Shown here piece by piece: positions 56,968 through 64,000 of a stretch of DNA of 64,000 nucleotides. Made by a program: the position numbers and the translations under genes. Position 1 is the first letter of the stretch; every line of letters begins with the position of its first letter. The notes below the pieces were generated by a model. It searched no databases. It was not told where the DNA came from and saw nothing but the letters and a program-made list of their open reading frames with translations. The DNA is from Clostridia bacterium (GTDB taxonomy: Bacteria; Bacillota; Clostridia; Christensenellales; Borkfalkiaceae). The stretch is taken from positions 83,394-147,393 of the forward strand of contig JAFTWU010000005.1 of NCBI GenBank assembly GCA_017465145.1, written 5' to 3'.

Positions 56968-58275
56968 ATGGTAGAAAAAGAACAAGTATCAGTTGTAGAA
57001 ATTGAAAAAACGTTTGAACCTGTTATCGGCTATAAGTCGATAAAAAATGAAATGATTAAGATTTGCGATATAATGAGAAATAGCGAATTTTATTCTAAGC
57101 TTGGCGTAAGTGTTCCTAACGGATTATTGCTTTCGGGTGAACCAGGCCTTGGCAAAACGCTTATGGCAAACTGCTTTATAAAAGCAAGTGGTAGAACGGC
57201 TTTTGTTTGCAGAAAAGATAAACCAGATGGCGACTTTGTAAACCACATTAAAAGCACTTTTGATGAAGCCGTTAAAAATGCTCCGTCAATAGTTTTTCTT
57301 GATGATATGGATAAGTTTGCTAATGGCGACGAGTATCATAAAAATAGTGAAGAATTCGTGACCGTGCAGTCTTGCATAGATGATTCAAAAAATAAAGAAG
57401 TTTTTGTTTTAGCAACAATAAATGATGAAGACGCTATTCCTATTTCTTTGCTTAGAGCAGGCAGATTCGATAATAGAATCGAAGTAAATTCTCCTAAAGG
57501 CGAAGACGCTGAAAAAATCGTTGAACATTATATAAAGAAAAAGAACTTCGTTTCGGACGTTGACGTTAAAACTATAACGAAACTTCTAAACGGGGCAAGT
57601 TGTGCAGAACTTGAAACCGTTATAAATCAAGCGGGCGTATATGCGGGTTTTAACAGAAAAGAAAAAATTGAAATGGACGATATCGTTAGGGCTTGCTTAA
57701 GAATTATTCATAATGCACCCGAAAGAGAACAAGCGCATTCGCCAGAAGTATTAAAGGCCGTTGCTTATCACGAAGCAGGGCACGCCGTTATTGCAGAAGT
57801 ATTAGAACCTGGTTCTGTTAACTTTGTTTCCGTTCGCTCTCACGGTGGAAGTACGGGTGGGTTTACCAACTACTATCAACCAGAAGAATATTGGATTAAA
57901 GAACAGTATATGGAAAATAGAGTTACCGTTATTCTTGGCGGTAAGGCTGCAACTGAAACGGTTTTTGGCGAAACTGACGTTGGTGCAAACAAGGATTTGC
58001 ATCGTGCATTTGATATTGTTGAACGCTTCGTTGATGATTATTGCTCTAATGGGTTTGATAGATGGCTTCAAGGCAGAGAATATTCTAATGGAGCTGTTGA
58101 GCGTCGTGATATGCAAATGGCAATTGAAATGGAAAACTTTTATAAAAAAGCCAAAAAGATTTTGATTGATAACCGTGAGTTCTTAGATAAACTTGCAACT
58201 GCGCTTATAAATAAAGACGTTTTAACAAGCGTGGAAATTGAAGCAATAAAGGCTACCTGCAAAATGGTAGCCTAA
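56968..58275 (+). CDS. Soluble FtsH-like protein: AAA+ ATPase + M41 zinc metalloprotease, no TM region
   Basis: 435 aa. Walker A GEPGLGKT, Walker B VFLDDMD, SRH LLRAGRFD, zinc site HEAGHAV, M41 block GGKAATETVFGETDVGANKDL. Starts directly with the ATPase domain. Confidence 0.85.
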   Translation: MVEKEQVSVVEIEKTFEPVIGYKSIKNEMIKICDIMRNSEFYSKLGVSVPNGLLLSGEPGLGKTLMANCFIKASGRTAFVCRKDKPDGDFVNHIKSTFDEAVKNAPSIVFLDDMDKFANGDEYHKNSEEFVTVQSCIDDSKNKEVFVLATINDEDAIPISLLRAGRFDNRIEVNSPKGEDAEKIVEHYIKKKNFVSDVDVKTITKLLNGASCAELETVINQAGVYAGFNRKEKIEMDDIVRACLRIIHNAPEREQAHSPEVLKAVAYHEAGHAVIAEVLEPGSVNFVSVRSHGGSTGGFTNYYQPEEYWIKEQYMENRVTVILGGKAATETVFGETDVGANKDLHRAFDIVERFVDDYCSNGFDRWLQGREYSNGAVERRDMQMAIEMENFYKKAKKILIDNREFLDKLATALINKDVLTSVEIEAIKATCKMVA

Positions 58276-58349
58276 AAACGCATTGCCCTTGACTTTTTAT
58301 AGGTGAAGAGTAAAATAGTAATATAAACGTTAAAAGGAGAAAAGATATT

Positions 58350-58568
58350 ATGGGAAAATTACCCGTTATTCAATGTGGAAAACTTTGCGCAAATTGTGTT
58401 TATTGGGGTGGGGAAAGGACTATAAATGGCTTTTTTGGTCGTGCAGAAGTTGATATTAATTGTCAAACAAAGGGTGTTTGCAGTAATTTGAAAGGATTTT
58501 ATAACCAACAAATGATTTGGCAAGCAACTTGCCCCGGATTTACTCGTCACCCTGCAATTAAAGGTTAA
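58350..58568 (+). CDS. 72-aa cysteine-rich protein
   Basis: Strong SD aaaaggag. 7 Cys, including CGKLCANC (C-x3-C-x2-C). Preferred over the antisense 58359-58577 ORF. Confidence 0.6.
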   Translation: MGKLPVIQCGKLCANCVYWGGERTINGFFGRAEVDINCQTKGVCSNLKGFYNQQMIWQATCPGFTRHPAIKG

Positions 58569-58605
58569 GTTGCGCATTAAAAGCTAATTTAAGGAGACTT
58601 AACTT

Positions 58606-58935
58606 GTGAAGAGAATTGAATTTAAATATAGCAATCACGCTTGGGGCTTTAATAAAGAAGAACTTTACGTAATTGACTTTGAAAAGAAACTATATGCACA
58701 TTTTGATAAAGGGCAATTAGATGATCAATTGTCCTTGCCTGATGACATATTAAAACTAATGGAAGAATATTTTGAAAAAATCTATATTGAATTTCCTAAA
58801 GACGTCTTTGCGTATGACGCGCCTATGTGGACGTTGACGATAGATGATAAAACTTGTACTAGAACTGCCGTCAAAGATATGGATGCACAGTATAAAACTT
58901 TATCTGAGTTATTTGAAAAGATAAAAAATGCGTAA
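58606..58935 (+). CDS. Hypothetical 109-aa protein
   Basis: GTG start 9 nt after aaggag. No motif recognised. Confidence 0.55.
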   Translation: MKRIEFKYSNHAWGFNKEELYVIDFEKKLYAHFDKGQLDDQLSLPDDILKLMEEYFEKIYIEFPKDVFAYDAPMWTLTIDDKTCTRTAVKDMDAQYKTLSELFEKIKNA

Positions 58936-59008
58936 CAGTGAGAGCGTTATTTAGTGATACTAGGTGCCGCCTTGTGCTATAATAGATTTGCAAATTTAGG
59001 GGTAAAAA

Positions 59009-59371
59009 ATGACAATAGATAACGTAACCTTATTTGAAGAAGATTTTTCTAAGGTGGAAGATTTTAATTCGTTTATTGAAAAAAGGTATCCTAATTTTAA
59101 GGTTGATGCCGATATTTTTGATAGTGCATATTATAAAACGATTAAAAATACGCACGGACTAAGCGAGCACGAATATATTTATAGAGCATTGAAAGGCTTT
59201 TTAGAAAAAATTCTAAAAGATGAAACGAAATGTGAAAAACCTATTGTTATTTACGATGCGTTTTTCCTTTTTGATGAAGGCAAAAACGTTAGCGAACTTT
59301 ATGAATATATGTCTAAAACGGATAGACCTATATTTATTCACGTTCCTAAAGGAATAAATTTAACTTTTTGA
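59009..59371 (+). CDS. Hypothetical 120-aa protein
   Basis: SD agggg. No motif recognised. Confidence 0.55.
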   Translation: MTIDNVTLFEEDFSKVEDFNSFIEKRYPNFKVDADIFDSAYYKTIKNTHGLSEHEYIYRALKGFLEKILKDETKCEKPIVIYDAFFLFDEGKNVSELYEYMSKTDRPIFIHVPKGINLTF

Positions 59372-59388
59372 AATGGAGCAAACAGAAG

Positions 59389-60120
59389 ATGATTGGAAAA
59401 CATATAGAGGATTTTTTAAGGAAGTGGGCAAAAACAGGGAGGCCTGAAATTTATAATGAATTTAGTTTTCAATTTGAGCTAGGTGGATATTTAAGAAAAA
59501 AATTACCGAAATATAAAGTTCAATTTGAAAGAAATATTTCAGACTTTTTTATTGATGAGAAGAATTATCAAAATAGAAACAATTTAGTTAAAGATAATGA
59601 GACTATTAAATATAAATTTTACAAAAAAGAGATAGATATAGTTGTTTTTGAAGGAGATAACCCATGGGGTGCAACGGAAAAATATGCTATCGAATTAAAG
59701 TATATTATGCCGTCGGACCCTACTACTGATAAAATGCACGAAATGCTAGAAGACGTAGCCTTTACCGCACAACTAAGGGATCAAAATAATTTTGAAAATG
59801 TTAGTATTGTAGGAAATGATCAAAAAATAAAATCAATAACAAAACAAAGTTTTTGCCATACATATGCCGTTACATTAACGAATAGAAACGATTTTTATGA
59901 ATGTCGGAAAGGTTGGAAAGGTGATAAGCAAGATCTTGAAAGCACGGGTGCCGAATCGAGATATTATGTTTTTAGAACGGAAGGTACAGGAAAAAATGGT
60001 ATTAGTTGTGCAGGGGGAAAGTATGAAAAAGGTGGTAAATTAGCCAGGGATGTACCTAGTTTTACAAGCAAGTGGCAAGACTTACAAAATGATTTTAGGT
60101 ATTATATGGTAGAGTGGTAA
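59389..60120 (+). CDS. PD-(D/E)xK (restriction-endonuclease-like) nuclease candidate
   Basis: ATG 59389 lies 10 nt after ggag (the TTG at 59368 overlaps the previous stop). EFSFQFELGGY...KKEIDIVVFEG-x12-YAIELKY. Confidence 0.6.
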   Translation: MIGKHIEDFLRKWAKTGRPEIYNEFSFQFELGGYLRKKLPKYKVQFERNISDFFIDEKNYQNRNNLVKDNETIKYKFYKKEIDIVVFEGDNPWGATEKYAIELKYIMPSDPTTDKMHEMLEDVAFTAQLRDQNNFENVSIVGNDQKIKSITKQSFCHTYAVTLTNRNDFYECRKGWKGDKQDLESTGAESRYYVFRTEGTGKNGISCAGGKYEKGGKLARDVPSFTSKWQDLQNDFRYYMVEW

Positions 60121-60195
60121 TAGGAATAATTAAAACAGGTATTAGAAAAATAAGTTTAAGCTATTTGTTTTTGAAATGGATAATAAAAACCCATT

Positions 60196-60215
60196 ACACC
60201 CCAAAAATAGTACAA
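60196..60215 (-). repeat. Motif copy 4, inverted (reverse complement ttgtactatttttggggtgt)
   Basis: Just after the stop of the nuclease gene. Confidence 0.55.
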
Positions 60216-60230
60216 TAAATATAATATAAT

Positions 60231-60264
60231 GACACTATAGTGAAATCTATGGCGTCATTTTTTT
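60231..60264 (+). terminator. Terminator of the FtsH-like cluster
   Basis: gacactatag/ctatggcgtc (8 of 10 paired) followed by attttttt. Confidence 0.6.
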
Positions 60265-60433
60265 ATGATTAAAAACGTTTGTAATTTTATAAATATGACG
60301 TGCGTATGTCTTTTGTATACAGTATTATATAATTAGTAAAAATTGCACCACTATCAATTTTTAATTAGGGGTAAATTGTAAAATTCATGTTTTAGACTTA
60401 AATATTGCTATCATAAAATATATTTAAGTGAAT

Positions 60434-60453
60434 AGCGCACTATTTTTAGTGCC
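60434..60453 (+). repeat. Motif copy 5 (agcgcactatttttagtgcc; palindromic CACTA-tttt-TAGTG)
   Basis: Upstream of the LRR/WYL operon. Confidence 0.7.
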
Positions 60454-60612
60454 TTAACACAATATCATGTGGTTTAAAAAATTTTTTCAACTATTTTTCA
60501 AATCGCTTAATTTTTTAGCCGTTTTTTAAGGAGCGGTGTGTTATAATGGCCGTACAAACAAAAGCCCCACCTTTATTTTAAATTTATAAAAATCTTTTAG
60601 AGGTATAAATAT

Positions 60613-61434
60613 ATGATTATTGTTGTTGAAAAGGGTGTATTAAAAGAAGTAAACGTTGATTATGAAAAGGATATTGGCGTTAAAGAATTTGCTATTCCTG
60701 ACGGGGTAGCTATTCTCGCAGATGAAAGCCTAGCTCATTTGCCTTTAGAAGTAGAAATGCTTTATATCCCTAAGTCAGTTAAAAAAATTCACGAAGGGGC
60801 GTTTTTTGGCGAAGGCAGTAACTGGGAAAACCTTAAAAACATTATTGTAGAAGAAGGCAACAAAAACTATAAAAGCCAAACGGGTTGTTTAATTGATATC
60901 AACTCTAACACCGTAATACTTGGTACGGAAAACGCTATTATTCCTAACGGAATTGAAAAAATTGGCGTTTACGCTTTCCGTCAAAGAGCTGGTCTAACAG
61001 AGATTACAATTCCCGAAAGCGTTAAAGAAGTTGACTTGCAAGCCTTTGCATGTTGTAATAATCTTAAAAAGGTAACCGTTTTAGGCGAGAAAACAAATCT
61101 TGATTATCTTTGCTTTATTTTAGATACGGCGATAGAAGAATTTAATCTTCCCGAAAAAGCTGATTACGAATTTATAGACGGCTGTTTAGTTAAAAAGTCT
61201 TGTGAAACGCTTTTAATGCTTACTGAAAAGGGCGAAATTCCCAAAAACATCGTAACGATATGGACTTGGGCGTGTGCTAGATACTGTAAGGACGTAGTCG
61301 TTCCTGAAACGGTTGTTAGTTTTGCTGAAAACGCGTTTTTGTTGCTTGGCGGTGGAAAGCTTAAAGTTAAAAAAGATAGCCCCGCGCATAAGTATGCAGT
61401 AGAAAACGAACTGAATTACGAAATTATTAGATAA
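60613..61434 (+). CDS. Cytoplasmic BspA-type LRR protein
   Basis: 273 aa, no signal peptide. LRR_5-like repeats (IPKSVKKIHEGAFFG, IPNGIEKIGVYAFRQRAGLTEITIPESVKEVDLQAFACCNNLKKV). Confidence 0.75.
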   Translation: MIIVVEKGVLKEVNVDYEKDIGVKEFAIPDGVAILADESLAHLPLEVEMLYIPKSVKKIHEGAFFGEGSNWENLKNIIVEEGNKNYKSQTGCLIDINSNTVILGTENAIIPNGIEKIGVYAFRQRAGLTEITIPESVKEVDLQAFACCNNLKKVTVLGEKTNLDYLCFILDTAIEEFNLPEKADYEFIDGCLVKKSCETLLMLTEKGEIPKNIVTIWTWACARYCKDVVVPETVVSFAENAFLLLGGGKLKVKKDSPAHKYAVENELNYEIIR

Positions 61435-61446
61435 TGGTGGAACAAT

Positions 61447-63423
61447 ATGAGAAAGATTAACCGCGAATTTACAGAAGAACAAGGATATAAAAAGGCGCAA
61501 ATATTATACGTTTTGCACGTTTTAGAAAGAGATACGGATAGAAATAATACTTTAACGCAGGCAGAGATTGCCGATAGAGTTAAAGAACTTCGTGGTGAAG
61601 TTTACGATGACGAACCGCAAGATAAAGACAAAAGGACGGATATTCGTTCTACGGGCAGAGCACTTAGAATACTTAAGGACGTTGGATATAATATTCACGG
61701 TGTAAATATGACCGGTGAAGATGGCGTAGTTCATCAAAAAACGCGCAAAGGCATTTGGCTTGAAAAAGAAATTAGTGATGAAAAATTGCAAATACTTATA
61801 GATACGATTTTATTTGCTAACTATATTGGCAAAGCAGAAGCAAAAGAACTTATAGACAGTTTAATTTCGCTTGGGGGACCAACCATTAGAGAAAAAAAGA
61901 GTGCAAGCGCAAGGGTAGACGGGGGAAAAGTTTACCATAGAGAAGACAACGACTTTTTTACCGAGCTTAGAAAAATAAACGAGGCTATGGAATTAAAAGA
62001 GCCAAAGCGAATTGCCTTTAAGTATGCAAGATATAAGTTTGATAAGGCTAATGATAAATTCGTATTAGAAAAAGCGCACGAACACGAAGTTAGCCCCTAT
62101 CACTTTATAGTACAAAAAGGACATTATTACCTTGTGGGGTATAATCATAAAAGGGAAAACTTGTGGCACTATCGCCTTGATTACATAAAAGACGTAGAAA
62201 TTTTAAAAGAATATATCAAGCCGAGAAATGAAACGGAATTAAAGGGTAAGGACATAGGTAAATACGCCTTAGAACGTCCCTATATGTTTGCTGGAAAGGC
62301 TGAAGGTATAGAAGTTAGAATAAGTGCCGATAGAATTGGAATTTTGTTCGATACTTTTGGTGAATCGTTTAGGCGAATCAAAGATAACGGCAACACGATA
62401 GACTTTATGCTATATTGCACCGAAGAAAATGCGTTCCATTGGGCAATGCAATACGGCTCACACGTAGAAGTATTAAAGCCACAGTCTTTAAGAAACAGAA
62501 TTCGCTATCACGTTGAAAATATGATGTTTAATTATTTGCGTGACGACGGGGATAGATACACCGAAGCAATCAGACTTGCAAGAAGCAGGAAGATACTTAA
62601 CCTTGAAGGAATAGACCTTGCGGGCAAGACTAAACACCTTAATCTTAAAAACGTTCGCACGATTCTTTTATCTAACAATAAAATAGACAACGTTGATTTT
62701 ATTAAGAATATGCCTTCACTAAGGCACGTTTCTATCAAAAATAACCCTATTACCGATTTAAGCCCGTTAAAAGAGTGTAAGTTGTTAACAAAATTAGAAC
62801 TTGCAAACTTAAACGTAAAGGATATAGAGCCTATTGCGGATTTGCCGATAGAAATACTTTATTTAGGCTTTGGAAAAACTGAAGACCTTTCCGCCGTTTA
62901 TAAACTAAAGAATTTAAGGTGGCTAAGGGCAAGTGAAACGTGTGCAGATTATAATAAAACGCTTTCAACTAATTGGGAAGAATTTGAAAAACGTGGCGTA
63001 AGTACTTGGATTAGCGAAAGAGAATGCAATAACGTGAACACCAACAACGGCACATATATTAACGCATATTATCCCTATAACTTGTTAAAGAGCGTGTTTG
63101 GCAGAGATAACGTTTGGGTTGGTAGCCACGAAGAAATTTCTTTAGCGGTAGATAAGGTCGTTGAAAAATTCACCGACAGGGAAAAAGCCTATTTAGATTT
63201 AATTTATAAGCAAAGGGTTTCTAATAGAGATGCAAGAAAAACGCTTACTTTAAGTGAAAGTGAATTTAGAAGTTTGCAAAACGACATTTTAAGAAAATTT
63301 AGAAATCCACTATTTACCGATTCTCTTGAAAAATTCGTTGAGGAAGAAGACCCTCAAAAAAATTATAGTTTAGCTGATGTTATAGAAAGAAAAAAAGAAA
63401 TAGAAAAAAATTCTAAAAACTAA
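61447..63423 (+). CDS. wHTH-WYL-WCX regulator fused to internalin-type LRRs and a C-terminal sigma-r4/LuxR-like HTH
   Basis: 658 aa. N-terminal HTH (LTQAEIADRV...GRALRILKDVGYNI). WYL core VSPYHFIVQKGHYYLVGYNHKRENLWHYRLDYIKDVEIL. LRRs LSNNKIDNVDFIKNMPSLRHVSIKNNPITDLSPLKECKLLTKLELANLNVKDIEPI. C-terminus FTDREKAYLDLIYKQRVSNRDARKTLTLSESEFRSLQNDILRKFRN. Confidence 0.75.
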   Translation: MRKINREFTEEQGYKKAQILYVLHVLERDTDRNNTLTQAEIADRVKELRGEVYDDEPQDKDKRTDIRSTGRALRILKDVGYNIHGVNMTGEDGVVHQKTRKGIWLEKEISDEKLQILIDTILFANYIGKAEAKELIDSLISLGGPTIREKKSASARVDGGKVYHREDNDFFTELRKINEAMELKEPKRIAFKYARYKFDKANDKFVLEKAHEHEVSPYHFIVQKGHYYLVGYNHKRENLWHYRLDYIKDVEILKEYIKPRNETELKGKDIGKYALERPYMFAGKAEGIEVRISADRIGILFDTFGESFRRIKDNGNTIDFMLYCTEENAFHWAMQYGSHVEVLKPQSLRNRIRYHVENMMFNYLRDDGDRYTEAIRLARSRKILNLEGIDLAGKTKHLNLKNVRTILLSNNKIDNVDFIKNMPSLRHVSIKNNPITDLSPLKECKLLTKLELANLNVKDIEPIADLPIEILYLGFGKTEDLSAVYKLKNLRWLRASETCADYNKTLSTNWEEFEKRGVSTWISERECNNVNTNNGTYINAYYPYNLLKSVFGRDNVWVGSHEEISLAVDKVVEKFTDREKAYLDLIYKQRVSNRDARKTLTLSESEFRSLQNDILRKFRNPLFTDSLEKFVEEEDPQKNYSLADVIERKKEIEKNSKN

Positions 63424-63441
63424 ACAAAAAACCAAAAAAAG

Positions 63442-63490
63442 TACACTCCTTTTTATAAAATGATAGTAGAAAAGGAGTGTATTTTTATTT
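63442..63490 (+). terminator. Hairpin + T-run abutting the next ATG (terminator and/or SD-sequestering)
   Basis: tacactcctttt/aaaaggagtgta (12 bp) followed by tttttattt. The 3' arm contains aaggag. Confidence 0.6.
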
Positions 63491-64000
63491 ATGGATGAAA
63501 GAATTTTAGAACAATTGGAAAACGTGCCATATCAAAAGAAGGAAGGAGAAACGGCTTTAGAAATTATCAAACGATTGCTAGAAGAGAAGGATGAATTATA
63601 CGGTTGGAATTATTCAAAAGAAGAGTGGGAGAGAATAAACTATGAACTTGATAGAATTAAAGAGTTAGGTTTAGAAAAGTTAATACTTTTTTGTTACACC
63701 TTATCTAAAATTGCAGATGGATGCGTAAGGTATGCTTTTACAGGAACAGAGGGCTGTTCGTTTGTTTTGAGTGAGCTAATATCAGCTACTTTTAGCAAGG
63801 CTAAGTTTAACCTGCCTTTTGAAAGGTTTTTTAATGAATATAGAAAGAGTGCGCCTACGTTGAGCATATACGTTGAGCAAGGTGGTAAAGGCAAAATATT
63901 AAAAAGTCTTTATGAAACATACGGAAAAAGCCTGTTTATAAAAGGAAAAGATAGCGACGACTTTTATTTTGCGTCTTCTAAGCCATTTGATACTGAAATT
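63491..64000 (+). CDS. DnaE (Pol III alpha)-like protein lacking the PHP domain and the catalytic Asp residues (partial, runs off the window)
   Basis: Open for 170 codons to the window end. WERINYELDRIKELGLEKLILF...GTEGCSFV...NLPFERFFNEYRKSAPTLSIYVEQG...LYETYG aligns with DnaE RLxYELxVI..GFxxYFLIV...GRGSAAGS...LLFERFLNPERxSMPDxDxDF...YG. Confidence 0.6.
   Translation, partial: MDERILEQLENVPYQKKEGETALEIIKRLLEEKDELYGWNYSKEEWERINYELDRIKELGLEKLILFCYTLSKIADGCVRYAFTGTEGCSFVLSELISATFSKAKFNLPFERFFNEYRKSAPTLSIYVEQGGKGKILKSLYETYGKSLFIKGKDSDDFYFASSKPFDTEI

Larger units (their letters stand above)
40827..64000. mobile_element. tRNA-Glu-associated composite genomic (defence) island; right boundary beyond the window
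   Basis: Serial direct repeats of the tRNA-Glu 3' end, a shift to AT-richer sequence (by eye), and near-exclusive defence-type gene content. No integrase is visible. Confidence 0.55.

Noticed and set aside
56968-58275. Calling this the housekeeping ftsH
   Set aside because: At 435 aa it has no transmembrane helices or periplasmic domain. It has a divergent pore loop and Walker B, and it sits inside an accessory island.
58350-58568. C-x3-C-x2-C read as a radical-SAM enzyme or RiPP maturase
   Set aside because: 72 aa is far too short for a radical-SAM TIM barrel. Only the cysteine spacing matches.
58359-58577. 72-aa minus-strand ORF antisense to the Cys-rich gene
   Set aside because: The plus-strand ORF has a strong SD and fits the operon orientation. 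The minus-strand product has no SD and a shadow-frame composition.
60265-60340. 23-codon Cys-rich mini-ORF (MIKNVCNFINMTCVCLLYTVLYN) after the cluster terminator
   Set aside because: It has no SD and starts inside the terminator T-run. It cannot be supported from sequence alone.
63491-64000. Calling this the replicative dnaE/polC
   Set aside because: It lacks the PHP domain and both catalytic Asp positions.

Overview
Bacterial chromosome segment, probably Bacillota and Clostridia-like. This rests on gene order and protein signatures: rpoB-rpoC-rpsL-rpsG-fusA-tuf, AddAB, HU, a THF riboswitch with folT, a DUF421/DUF4363 pair, and many BspA-type LRR and Listeria-Bacteroides-repeat lipoproteins. 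Positions 1-40.4 kb are ordinary core and surface-protein genes. tRNA-Met(CAT) and tRNA-Glu(TTC) sit at 40.6-40.8 kb. The last 20 nt of tRNA-Glu recur four more times downstream (40968, 41133, 44693, 44873), each with its own terminator, which marks a serially used integration hotspot. From there to the window end (>23 kb) the sequence is more AT-rich by eye, has no integrase or transposase ORF, and reads as a dense defence island. In order it holds: an ABC-ATPase + Toprim pair (PARIS/AbiL-like); a PRTase + DprA-like pair (ShosTA-like) with an appended HAD gene; an unassigned three-gene operon (two DUF488 paralogs + a 617-aa mosaic protein); a Cas4-like/DUF2779 nuclease; McrBC; and an HD dNTPase. 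Two further unassigned modules follow and share a duplicated leader/operator motif. The first is a five-gene cluster (56968-60120) led by a soluble FtsH-like AAA-M41 protease with no transmembrane segment and ending in a PD-(D/E)xK nuclease. The second is an LRR protein + WYL-LRR-HTH fusion regulator (60613-63423), followed by a truncated, catalytically dead DnaE-like ORF. The best candidates for an undescribed system are 56968-60120 and 47189-50110. All domain calls come from motif recognition by eye; no database search or computation was run.
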